Positions 51,753-61,313 of a DNA stretch of 64,000 bases are shown in pieces. Below the pieces are notes generated by a model. The model had not been told where the DNA came from. It did not search any database and saw only the letters and a program-made list of their open reading frames with translations. Source of the stretch: Microcoleus sp. (GTDB lineage Bacteria > Cyanobacteriota > Cyanobacteriia > Cyanobacteriales > Microcoleaceae). The stretch spans positions 64,001-128,000 of the forward strand of contig JAYFMW010000029.1 in the NCBI GenBank assembly GCA_042408215.1. Reading direction: 5' to 3'. The translations under genes were made by a program, and so were the position numbers. Numbering within the stretch: the stretch's first letter is position 1; every line of letters begins with the position of its first letter.

Positions 51753-54398
51753 TCAAGTCAAAATTAGACGCTCTTTAACTAAAGACAAATCGACCTTGCC
51801 AAAATTTACCACAAAAGCCACATTCAAATTTTCCAAAGATTTGATGAACCACCTAATCTCATTATAACCTTTACCTTCATAGTGATTGAACAAAATAGAA
51901 AATCGTTTTTCCAAATCCGGTTTAACTTTGCGGGAAAGCAGTACAAGTTTAAGCATTAAACCCATTGTTCTGCTGGGGCCGAGGTTGTACACCAAGTCGT
52001 AAAAAACGTAGTGGCTGGGATCTGTAAGATTTTCTACTACTAAAAAGTTGAACAATTGATGACAAGTCCGAACTAACAATAAATTATTTAACTTCACCGA
52101 GTCATTTTCTGGGAATGTATTTCTGATGTGCTTGTACAAGCGAGAGTTAAATAGATGCCCGCCGTATTGTGGTTCGACCGAAGATATTAAATATTCATAC
52201 AAGTTCACTTTAAACGATTGATAAGATCGAGTGTTTCTGGCATCTCTCAGGAAAAACAGAGCCGCTTCTTTATAGGTGCGATCGCCTGCTACTTTTCCGG
52301 CAAATTCCCTGACAGCTAAGTGCAGTTCCGCGTCCTTCAAAAGTGTCGGATTTGCCGCCCGCTCCACAATTCCGATCTCTGTATTTCTCGGCTCAACTAA
52401 ATAATTTAAATATTCAGATAAATCCCTTTCAAATTGCCGTCTTCTTTGAGCTTGCAGGCGTTTGATGGTTTGTTTGTCTTCCTCAATGCTGTCCTTGCTC
52501 AGCAAAGAATGACCGTATAAATAAGGATAGCGATAAATTAATTCGCCCAAGGCACAATTCGACTCTTTTTGGTGCGGTTCAGGCTCTTTTTCTAGGGCTT
52601 TCACCAAGCGCTCTAAAGTGATAAATTCTGCACTTTTGGTAAAGAAAGTTATTTGCTCCTGCAACCGCTTGACTATATAAAATTCCATCCCGAATCGGGG
52701 AGAATTATGCTTAAATAAAGCGATTAATTGAGCGATCGCCCATTGGTCTCGCGAGTGCAATTGCCAGCGGTTGATCGCGATGTAGCAGCAGCGGTGGAGG
52801 ATATATTTAAAATCCCGATCCGAGCGCTTCACAGAGACAATACTGTACAAAGTTGCTTCAATTTCTCGATCGGGATAGCCCATACCGTCGATAAATAGCT
52901 GCCGGAATCGTTCGATCACCTGTGTTGGCGATTCTTTTTGCACGCAGTCGGCGATGTGAGCGTACAATCTCTGCTCGTTGCTGCTAGCTGGAAGAGTGTC
53001 TAAGGACAGCAGACTGAGAATATTACTATCTGCACTGGTGTCTACAACTTTTGTGGCAACGACTTCTGGTTTTCGAGGCAAATCTCGATGGGGATACAAG
53101 AACCAATAGTGTTCTTGACTGAGTTGTTTATTCGCCGCCCAATCCAAAGCTGACTGCAAACTTTCACCAGTTAATAACAGCGATTGATCTTCGCGATCGG
53201 AAGCCAGCCATGCTGTCAGTGCTTGTTTGTACGGAGCCAGATTTCCCAATTCCTTTTCCACCCAAAATCGATTAAAAACCGACTGATAAATTAGGTTGCC
53301 AACTATTAATTTGCCTTGATATTTAACCACCAATCCTGACATTTCCAATTCCCTTTGTTCGGGAGAGGAATCGACAGAGACTCCCCCTACTTGTCCGGGG
53401 TTTTTAGGTCTGGGCGGTGGCAAAATTTTCTGGTACAGGGCTAGCAACCGACTGGGGTCGCATTTTCCAGATAAAATGCGTCCGCGAAGAGTCGTCAAAT
53501 GTTCGGGTTCGTCCCAATCTTCCCAATTTTTAATAATTCTGGTTTTCACCAGTTTTTCCACCTGCTGGGCTTCGGAATTTCTGCCTATAAAAGACCCGTA
53601 TTCAAGTACCAAGTAGCAAAGCTTTTGAGTCAAAAACGGTTGACCACCCGTCCAAGCTAATATTGCTTGGATCACTTTTTGGGGGCGAAAAGCTTTGAGG
53701 GCTAATCCTTTTGCAAGCGGCAAACTTTCGTGCAGTTGAAATCGGCTTAAATTAATTGCCCTTCCAATCTCAAAAGGATTGCAGCTTTGCTCTGGCATCA
53801 ATTCTGAGGGGGATGCTGCTCCCAGAACCGCAAAAGTAAGGCGTTGGTATTCTGGCTGAGTGGCTCGCTTGGAGTAACAAGTTCCGAGCCAAGCAAAGAA
53901 ATCATTGACACTGAAATTTAAGCTGAGGATACTGTCAATATCGTCTAGGAAAATTACTATATTTTGCGAAACTGACTTGAGCAGAACTTTTTCGATAAAT
54001 ATATCCAATCGCTGTATCGGGGATAGTAATTCGCGATCGTTCCACCACTTGATGGCATCAAACCTATTGGTGAGGAGCAAACTAGAGGCGATGCGGTACA
54101 TGATTCCCGCATACCATTTTTGGGGGGAGATATCTGGGCTGCTGATGCTTCTCAAGTTAATGGTGGCAAAAACTGTACCTTCTGCTTGCAACCTTTTCGC
54201 GGTTTGCACCAGCAGGCTGGACTTTCCCATGTGCGGCGAACTCAGCACATAGCAGAAGTGTCCGGCTTTGAGAGCTTCGTAAAGTTCGTCGTCAGCGGGC
54301 CGCCTGACATAGGTGGGGGCACCAGCAGGCAGATATCCTCCGACTTGATATTGATAGGTTGAGTTTACTTCTACTGTCACCTGCTGCTGATTAATCAA
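51753..54398 (-). CDS. AAA-like (AAA_35) domain protein with conserved cyanobacterial C-terminal domain
   Basis: YQVGG.L...[37 protein letters not shown]. Confidence 0.88.
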   Translation of the reverse strand: MINQQQVTVEVNSTYQYQVGGYLPAGAPTYVRRPADDELYEALKAGHFCYVLSSPHMGKSSLLVQTAKRLQAEGTVFATINLRSISSPDISPQKWYAGIMYRIASSLLLTNRFDAIKWWNDRELLSPIQRLDIFIEKVLLKSVSQNIVIFLDDIDSILSLNFSVNDFFAWLGTCYSKRATQPEYQRLTFAVLGAASPSELMPEQSCNPFEIGRAINLSRFQLHESLPLAKGLALKAFRPQKVIQAILAWTGGQPFLTQKLCYLVLEYGSFIGRNSEAQQVEKLVKTRIIKNWEDWDEPEHLTTLRGRILSGKCDPSRLLALYQKILPPPRPKNPGQVGGVSVDSSPEQRELEMSGLVVKYQGKLIVGNLIYQSVFNRFWVEKELGNLAPYKQALTAWLASDREDQSLLLTGESLQSALDWAANKQLSQEHYWFLYPHRDLPRKPEVVATKVVDTSADSNILSLLSLDTLPASSNEQRLYAHIADCVQKESPTQVIERFRQLFIDGMGYPDREIEATLYSIVSVKRSDRDFKYILHRCCYIAINRWQLHSRDQWAIAQLIALFKHNSPRFGMEFYIVKRLQEQITFFTKSAEFITLERLVKALEKEPEPHQKESNCALGELIYRYPYLYGHSLLSKDSIEEDKQTIKRLQAQRRRQFERDLSEYLNYLVEPRNTEIGIVERAANPTLLKDAELHLAVREFAGKVAGDRTYKEAALFFLRDARNTRSYQSFKVNLYEYLISSVEPQYGGHLFNSRLYKHIRNTFPENDSVKLNNLLLVRTCHQLFNFLVVENLTDPSHYVFYDLVYNLGPSRTMGLMLKLVLLSRKVKPDLEKRFSILFNHYEGKGYNEIRWFIKSLENLNVAFVVNFGKVDLSLVKERLILT

Positions 54399-54858
54399 GA
54401 TGATGCACCTCTATGTTGTCCGATCGAAAGGTTACAAATTGCAATTATTGCCAGTTGACTAGGGTAGAAAATTTTTGTGCTTTTTTCTCCATTATGTACT
54501 AACTCACTGTTCTTTTTCTGAATCTCGATCGTATCTTTGCAACCCTAAATCTTCCGAGGGAGCGATCGTCACCTCGCGCCTTTTTCTTTACACTTATTCA
54601 CAGATCTGCGTGAATTTTCACTCTCGCCCGATCGAGAACCCCAAAAAGCTTTTGTGTTTACATTTTTTTCTAATAATATAGCAGTCGCCCTTGGGAGGTA
54701 AATCGCTGAAACCCTTAATAGTTAACCATCCTAGGACCGACGACCGACGACCGAATCCTGACTCCGGCTATACTTGAAAATTCACTCGGTGGTAGGATGT
54801 CGGCTGGGAAACTCATCACCGCAGCGCCCTGAAGGCTAGTTCAGCAATAGCAGCCCAT

Positions 54859-55140
54859 AAAAAACCCCAGCGTTTTGCTGAGGACTGCTTGAGTGGGAGA
54901 TCTCGTTAATCTGCGTTTTTTTAGTTGACTGAGATGGCATGGAATTCCATGCTGTTAAAAGATGCGCCCTGATGGATTAACTACCCGATGGATTAGCACC
55001 CTGATGGCATAACTCCCTGATAGATCAACGCCCTGATGGCTGTCACTCCACTACCCAAAAAAATCTGGTTGGTGGAAGATTGTGGACACTACTAACACGT
55101 CACTTCCGGCGTTTCTGATCGCTCAGGGTGTGCCTGTCTA
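54859..55140 (-). ncRNA. candidate structured ncRNA, 6S RNA (ssaA)-like, with internal 16-bp repeats
   Basis: Own promoter (TTGTAT-18-CATAAT, 55175-55146) and terminator (CCTCAGC-AAAAC-GCTGGGG-T6); GAAACGCCGGAAGT and GTTATGCCATC recall cyanobacterial 6S RNA (from memory). Confidence 0.45.
54967..55046. repeat. five degenerate 16-bp tandem units (CCCTGATGG core)
   Basis: Cores at 54967, 54983, 54999, 55015 and 55031. Confidence 0.9.
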
Positions 55141-55436
55141 AATTGATTATGGCAGGCAGATTTCTCAGAATACAAGTGGGCTATTGCATCAACCCACTTC
55201 TGACGGATCGGATTTGCCAAAAAGTGTCAATCTCGCAAATCAGGGTCATCGAACATGAAATACAGCATCTTAGTTTTAGGCGTATTCGATCTAGGTAGCG
55301 CCACTGCAACTGCGATCGCCCCACAACAAAAAGCAGCTAACAGGTTGACGGCGTTTGAGAGTCATCCCGACTTCAGCTACACTGGAACGAATGAGGATGG
55401 GGACCAAGAAGAGGTAGAAACAGGTAAAGGCTAGAA

Positions 55437-55734
55437 TTGACACTCCCCGGTCTAAAGACACGGGGATTCTTAAGGACAAACTTTGGGGGATGAATCCACC
55501 CAAATCTTGATTCTTAAAGGGTTTGTCAATAACCCACTACCCACTCGCCCATTGCTGAGTCTATGGCTACTTGTGGTAGGCATTTGCTTCCCAGACCTGC
55601 GTCTGTGTATCCATCCCACATTTTTCTGGTAACAGAATGTGGTTTGTGTCTTGCATAAAGAGGGCTGGCTGGATAAATCCTGCAACGCCCTTTCATCCCT
55701 GGACTAAAGTCACAGGGTTTTCAGGGTATTCTTT
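55437..55734 (-). mobile_element. 298-bp non-autonomous IS200/IS605 miniature (tnpB-type right end)
   Basis: Minus strand: TTAT target, AAAA guide, CCCTG/CAGGG hairpin; GAAT guide, CCCCG/CGGGG hairpin, TCAA end; SGLLTNPLRIKIW resembles a TnpB C-terminal tail. Confidence 0.85.
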
Positions 55735-55956
55735 ATAATTAGCGCGGAACTGATTGTCGTTGTTGTCTCTAACCGCCTCCGGGAAGAGGCGGTTCAAACT
55801 CCATCCAGCTATTAGTCTACCTAAATCCCAGGGGTGAATGGGAAAATAAACAGGTAGGGCCAGGAATAGGGTGGAGTTTCCCCATCTCTAAACCTCCTTA
55901 CCTTCGATCGGGCGATGCGGATCTGGCACAATCGTATTTCATCTCGTAAAAACCCA

Positions 55957-56529
55957 ATGGAAAATACTCTCGCGACTACTCGCAGACTGCGGGTATTGAC
56001 AAGAACCCAGGAACGGCGTCAGGCGACACCCAAAGAAAAAGATCTAATTCACCTGCTGGCGAATATAGCTTGTAGTTTGGTGAAGTACGACTACAAACAC
56101 GCCAGCAGTAAGGGGGTGATCCCGCCATCGGAACGGAAGTGTTTAGCTGAATGGCACTACCTGCGACTTGAGCAAATTCGCCGGATCGAACGCTCCCTAG
56201 AGCCCGTAGCTACCCTTAAGCGCGTCTACTACAAGACTATTCTCAGTCCGAGGGATCTGAAGTCTTTGAAACTTCAGTGGCTTGAGGAGGACAAAAACCG
56301 GGTCAAGCGGGTCGATCCTGACTTGGATGATATACTCAGCGAAGCTTTGGATCGGGGAGATACCTTGAAACAGCTATTTCAGACGCTCGAAGCCAAAGAA
56401 CGCACATTTTCGGCAACTCCCGGCCCTGGCGTGGTGCCTCTGTGGGTCAAGGAGTGGGAAAACTCGGGCTATGACATCAACTTTTTTCCGCCTTCGTTCT
56501 CTGCATGGGCTTCGATCGTGGACGATTAG
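55957..56529 (+). CDS. hypothetical protein
   Basis: 190-aa ORF from MENTLA, no family recognised. Confidence 0.6.
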   Translation: MENTLATTRRLRVLTRTQERRQATPKEKDLIHLLANIACSLVKYDYKHASSKGVIPPSERKCLAEWHYLRLEQIRRIERSLEPVATLKRVYYKTILSPRDLKSLKLQWLEEDKNRVKRVDPDLDDILSEALDRGDTLKQLFQTLEAKERTFSATPGPGVVPLWVKEWENSGYDINFFPPSFSAWASIVDD

Positions 56530-56859
56530 GCTCAAGAAAAACTCTTGGGACATCTGGGAAAAATCAAGTCTCTTAGCAGGCCCGATGCGTAACCCCTACT
56601 CCCCACAAGAGTTTTTACCAGAGGTCTTTGGAAATGGCAACGATCCCCTTCGGGGGCTACGCTAAGGTCCAATCCCATAATCATCCACTTGATTTGCCAT
56701 TACGGCCATTTCCGAAGACAGTGCCTGCGACAGGCTTAGCTAGCCCATTAGTACGCAGGTATCCGATCGGATCGAAGTGAATCGGAGTCAGTACCATTGT
56801 ACAATGGGGAAAACCAGGGCTTCAGTTAATAGCTGATAGCTGATAACTGATAGTTTCTC

Positions 56860-57576
56860 ATGACTGACTCGATTTCAACTTCTCCCTTAAACTCGACAGC
56901 CGATACAGCCGAACTCCGCTCTCAGTTACGATCGGGTTCGGAAAAAAGCCAACTGCAACTGCTACAACAACACATAGCAGATTCCGGTTGGGATGTATTG
57001 ATGGAATTTTTATTAGAGCGCAAGTCAGAAGCGCCAACTCCGGTAACGGGCAAGGTTTACCAGATTCTTTACAGCGCTGATTCAGAGAGAGTGACGGCAT
57101 TTTTGCAAGGGAATTTTCCCACGGGGATTGTGCCACTGCGATCGGACTCAAACATTGACTACACTCCACTGCAACAGTTGCTAGCCATACAAGAGTTTCA
57201 AGAAGCCGATCGCTTGACTTTAGAGAATCTTTGTGCATTGGCGGGCGAGAAGGCTTCCGTGAGAAAATGGCTGTATTTTACGGAAGTAGAGAGTTTGCCG
57301 GTGGCGGATTTGCAAACAATTAATACGCTGTGGAAAGTTCATTCCGAAGGCAAATTCGGATTTTCGGTGCAACGGGAAATTTGGCTGGGTTCGGGCAAGA
57401 ATTGGGATAAGTTGTGGCCGCTAATTGGCTGGAAGAAGGGGAATAATTGGACGCGGTATCCGCAAGAGTTTATTTGGGATTTGAGCGCGCCTAGGGGGCA
57501 TTTGCCGCTGTCGAATCAGTTGCGGGGAGTGCAGCCGTTTTCGGCTTTGATGGCTCATCCGGCTTGGTTAAAATGA
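56860..57576 (+). CDS. gun4: GUN4 Mg-chelatase activator
   Basis: N-terminal ARM-like part plus GUN4 core (DY..LQ.LL, WLYFTEV, HSEGKFGFSVQ, P.GHLP). Confidence 0.93.
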   Translation: MTDSISTSPLNSTADTAELRSQLRSGSEKSQLQLLQQHIADSGWDVLMEFLLERKSEAPTPVTGKVYQILYSADSERVTAFLQGNFPTGIVPLRSDSNIDYTPLQQLLAIQEFQEADRLTLENLCALAGEKASVRKWLYFTEVESLPVADLQTINTLWKVHSEGKFGFSVQREIWLGSGKNWDKLWPLIGWKKGNNWTRYPQEFIWDLSAPRGHLPLSNQLRGVQPFSALMAHPAWLK

Positions 57577-57878
57577 AGGGTTTGGGATTTTTTGGGGAAG
57601 GTGGGGTGGGCTGGATGTTCGGCCCACAGTTGTTGGTGGGGAGATGGGGTTTTAATATTTAACCGCAGAGGGCGCAGAGAGCACAGAGGTAGAGGAATGA
57701 AGAGAATAGGGCGATCGTAAAAAACCCGGTTTCTGATGAGAAAAATCCTGCATCTTTGAGAGAGATATTGAGATAGAAACCGGGTTTTTGGCCATCCTGC
57801 GTAAATCCTGCTTTTAAGGAATGTTGGAAAATTTTGTATAATAGATATTTCAACTAATTAGCAAGAGGGCTGGGAGTC

Positions 57879-58439
57879 ATGGTAAGTATTGGAACCAAAC
57901 TCACTTTAGCAAAATTTCTAGCTTTGCCCGACGGAGATGTATATTATGAGTTTGTAGATGGTCAAGCAGTTCCTAAAGTGTCTCCAAAATTTTTTAATTC
58001 GACTTTACAGTTTGCTTTGTGTCGCGTAATTCGTGGATGGTGTAAAGGACGCGGGCGAGTGCTTCCCGAATGGGCAATTTTGTTAAAACGTCTGGGTAAA
58101 GATTGGGCACCTGTTCCAGATTTAACGTACATTTCTTATGAACGTTTACCGAAAAGTTGGCGACGGAATGAAGCTTGTCCCGCAATTCCTGAAATGGCGA
58201 TCGAGATAATCTCTCCCGATCAAAGTATGAAGGAATTTGAAGAGAAGGCGAAAGATTATTTGGCTGCGGGTATTCCGCGAGTTTGGGTAGTAGATCCAGA
58301 GGCTATCTTAATTAGAAGCTTTTTTCCCGATGGTTCGAGTCAAGTTTATATGGATAATACACCGATTGTGGATGAGTTGCTGCCTGGTTTGGAATTGACG
58401 ACTAGACGGATTTTTGAAGAAGCGGAATTGATTGATTGA
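57879..58439 (+). CDS. Uma2 family endonuclease
   Basis: YEFVDG, PDL.Y, P..AIEIISP, YL.AG...VWVVDP, LLPGL. Confidence 0.93.
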   Translation: MVSIGTKLTLAKFLALPDGDVYYEFVDGQAVPKVSPKFFNSTLQFALCRVIRGWCKGRGRVLPEWAILLKRLGKDWAPVPDLTYISYERLPKSWRRNEACPAIPEMAIEIISPDQSMKEFEEKAKDYLAAGIPRVWVVDPEAILIRSFFPDGSSQVYMDNTPIVDELLPGLELTTRRIFEEAELID

Positions 58440-58474
58440 TTGCGGGCGATCGCTTTCACATTAAACTCGTAAAA

Positions 58475-59194
58475 CTAAAGACTTTCATTGAGTTGTTTCA
58501 TATCCCCTTGCGGCTGCACTTGCTTGTGCAAACTAATTTTATCACCCACTTCATACCCAGTGTTAAAACCGGCTTCGCTGCTGATTTGAGAACCCGTTCT
58601 GGTTTTAACTTTAGCACCTAGGTTCTCTAAATAATCTGCGATCGCTTGTTGATTTTTCTCAAACATCGATCGCACCACAATCCCCGGAGTCGCCGCCACA
58701 TCCCCCGATCCCGGAATCCCCGACTCTTCCATCTCCTGCTTTTGTTCCAATAATCTTTGTCTCAATCTCGTCGCGCAGCCAACCCGAAAAGCATTGAGAT
58801 ACGCCAATCCTCTCCCACTTCCTTTGCGGTATTTGGCCCTCCGCTCGATCGCATGACTCAAATACTCGTAAAGGTGCGTACAAACAATCAAGTTAGTAGA
58901 AGTTCCCACCAAAAACATACTACCAGTATAACTGTTTCGCATTGCATTGCAACCGTTAGCTTCGGCAATTCCCGAAAGTAAAATCATTTTCCAAGTCACA
59001 TAGCGCGGTGTAGTTTCCACTCCGCTTTCGCTAATCTCTTCCTGTTGATTCGGGCCTAAGTCGGCGAGGCTAAGATTATATTGTGCTAGCAAAAGAGAAG
59101 CTTTTTCTGCCGCCGCAGTCGATTCGTTTTCATTGGATGAAGTGGCGAGGGCTAGCAGCTTTTTGATTTTATCGAGAATACTTGTATCTGCCAT
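58475..59194 (-). CDS. DUF2786 domain protein
   Basis: ILDKIKKLLALATSSNENE..AA..KA..LL.QY signature. Confidence 0.88.
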   Translation of the reverse strand: MADTSILDKIKKLLALATSSNENESTAAAEKASLLLAQYNLSLADLGPNQQEEISESGVETTPRYVTWKMILLSGIAEANGCNAMRNSYTGSMFLVGTSTNLIVCTHLYEYLSHAIERRAKYRKGSGRGLAYLNAFRVGCATRLRQRLLEQKQEMEESGIPGSGDVAATPGIVVRSMFEKNQQAIADYLENLGAKVKTRTGSQISSEAGFNTGYEVGDKISLHKQVQPQGDMKQLNESL

Positions 59195-59283
59195 TGTTCG
59201 ATCGGTTTTAGGGTGAGAGTACGCGGTGGTAAGGATTTGGGGATATTTCTATTTTAGTATAGCGTGGAATGTGCGATCGTATT

Positions 59284-59861
59284 TTTAAGATAATGTCATT
59301 CAGGGAATAGGATTTTTTTGAACCGCAGAGGCCGCAGAGGGCGCAGAGAGAGAAAGAAAGTTCTGGAGGGATTGACAACGTAATTATGTCATTCTGAGTG
59401 AAGCGAAGAATCTCAAAATCTTGGAACACCATGACTATCCGTAAGTCTTATTTAAGATAATGTCATTCAGGGAATAGGATTTTTTTGAACCGCAGAGGCC
59501 GCAGAGGGCGCAGAGAGAGAAAGAAAGTTCTGGAGGGATTGACAACGTAATTATGTCATTCTGAGTGAAGCGAAGAATCTCAAAATCTTGGAACACCATG
59601 ACTATGCGTAAGTCTTATTTAAGATAATGTCATTCAGGGAATAGGATTTTTTTGAACCGCAGAGGCCGCAGAGGGCGCAGAGAGAGAAAGAAAGTTCTGG
59701 AGGGATTGACAACGTAATTATGTCATTCTGAGTGAAGCGAAGAATCTCAAAATCTTGGAACACCATGACTATGCGTAAGTCTTATTTAAGATAATGTCAT
59801 TCATGGAATAAGATTTTTTTGAACCGCAGAGGGCGCAGAGGGCGCAGAGAGAGAAAGAAAG
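59284..59861. repeat. 167-bp tandem repeat, about 3.5 near-identical copies
   Basis: TTTAAGATAATGTCATTC at 59284, 59451, 59618 and 59785. Confidence 0.95.
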
Positions 59862-59891
59862 AAGTTCGCAACTCATGGGCGGATTTGCATA

Positions 59892-61106
59892 TTATTCGAG
59901 GACTTCTAGGACTGATTTTGGTGACAATTTATCTTTAAACCAGATGACTTTTGCTGGGACTTCATTTACTTTTACCCCGGCTTTTTCTAAATTCAGTCTT
60001 TCGGAAATAGCCAAAATTAAATGATCGCATTCGGACTTATGTACTTGTGCAAATTTCTTTTGTAAATACTCCGGCCGCCAATAACCGACTATTTCTAATA
60101 AAAATACTCTTCCGTCTGGATGCACTAACCGAAAGTCGGGAATCATTACGCTTCCGGGAATTGGAATTAATTCAACTTCTCGCTCTAGTTTCCACTCGGT
60201 TTTTGTGGAATTCCATCTTTCGGCAAATGCTGCTTCTAACATACTATCATAGGGTTTCCCTGGTGGATAGTGGCTGACTAATCCGCAATCTGAATCTAGG
60301 CTAAATTTACCTGTTTTTAATACACCACTAAAAGGGTCTTTTGTTTGCAGTGTTGAGTGCATACTCCATTTTGTGACGTGTAGCAGGGCGGGTAGCATTT
60401 TTGCTAGGGCTAACCCGTAGCGGGTGCTGGGTTTGAATAAGCTTGTCGGCCCGTCTATTGTGAGGGTGAAACCATGTTCGGCATCGCCTTCTATGTATGT
60501 CATTAGTTGAAATAGTTTCAGATAGCGAAATAGGAGTTTGTATTCTCCTGGATCGTTGCGGTGGGCGTTTAATTGGACTTGACTTGCGCGGTAAAATATG
60601 CCTTGGACTTGAGAAAGGTTGTACCGATGTAGCAATGCTTCTGGTGTGGGTGCGTCGAATTGGGTGAAGATTTTGTTTTCGTTTAAATCTGCGTATAAAC
60701 CTGTGCTGATTTCGCTGGGTAAAACTTCTCTATTTAAGTTTTGGCTTAGTTCTAATGCTAGTTGTTCGAGGGTTGATTGGGTAGAATTAGTGCTGGGTAC
60801 GGATTGCGCTGCGAGGGCAAATACGCGCTGTCTCAATGCAATTGGTTCTAGGGGACTGATGATTTCAAAGGTGCTGAAACCGCCTCTAAGTAAGTGAGCA
60901 AATCCGCGTTTGAGCCGATAATCGGGGCTGTCTCCTTCTAGTTCTTGCAAGCTTTTGTCTAGTTCGCCTTGGGTTTTGCCGATCGCACTTTGGAAGCAAT
61001 CAATCATTTCGGTGGCTGCTTCTAGGTTTTTAGCGTCTATCTTCAGGCGTAAGGGGACGATCGATTCCCCATTTTGGCGGTGACTTAGTAACTCGGTTGG
61101 TAGCAT
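59892..61106 (-). CDS. DUF790 family (Bax1-like) predicted nuclease
   Basis: MLPTELL, YADL, YNLSQVQG, IDGP.SLF, YDS.LE, IPDF...LEIVGYW. Confidence 0.92.
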   Translation of the reverse strand: MLPTELLSHRQNGESIVPLRLKIDAKNLEAATEMIDCFQSAIGKTQGELDKSLQELEGDSPDYRLKRGFAHLLRGGFSTFEIISPLEPIALRQRVFALAAQSVPSTNSTQSTLEQLALELSQNLNREVLPSEISTGLYADLNENKIFTQFDAPTPEALLHRYNLSQVQGIFYRASQVQLNAHRNDPGEYKLLFRYLKLFQLMTYIEGDAEHGFTLTIDGPTSLFKPSTRYGLALAKMLPALLHVTKWSMHSTLQTKDPFSGVLKTGKFSLDSDCGLVSHYPPGKPYDSMLEAAFAERWNSTKTEWKLEREVELIPIPGSVMIPDFRLVHPDGRVFLLEIVGYWRPEYLQKKFAQVHKSECDHLILAISERLNLEKAGVKVNEVPAKVIWFKDKLSPKSVLEVLE

Positions 61107-61246
61107 TTGTTATTTTTAACGAACCGCGAAGGTGCGAAGAACGCGAAGGGTACGCTGATGGGTATTTGTTTAGTTATACCGCTTTTGGAATCTTTGCTGT
61201 GGGAAGCTTTCAGGGCTAATAACCCATTTTTAACAGGAAAAACTTG

Positions 61247-61310
61247 TTGACATTTTGCTTTACATCATTTAGTGTAAACACAGATAGTGTAAAAAGCCAG
61301 GTGCTTTACA
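61247..61310 (+). promoter_or_regulatory. promoter with four TTTACA/TGTAAA half-sites
   Basis: TTGACA (61247)-17 nt-TAGTGT (61270); GCTTTACA at 61257 and 61303, TAGTGTAAA at 61270 and 61285. Confidence 0.6.
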
Positions 61311-61313
61311 GTC

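Noticed and set aside
51517..51867. 116-aa ORF with SQRRTLPIR repeats
   Set aside because: Translation of the 63-bp tandem repeat, overlapping the AAA gene antisense
54800..54860. Glycine or glutamine riboswitch-like words (GGGAAAC, CGCCCTGAAGG)
   Set aside because: The remaining conserved core is absent and no fitting downstream gene
59284..59861. CRISPR array
   Set aside because: The whole 167-bp unit is repeated; no unique spacers
59892..61106. DUF790 as a component of the pPIWI_RE island
   Set aside because: Divergent and a widespread cyanobacterial gene; adjacency alone is not evidence
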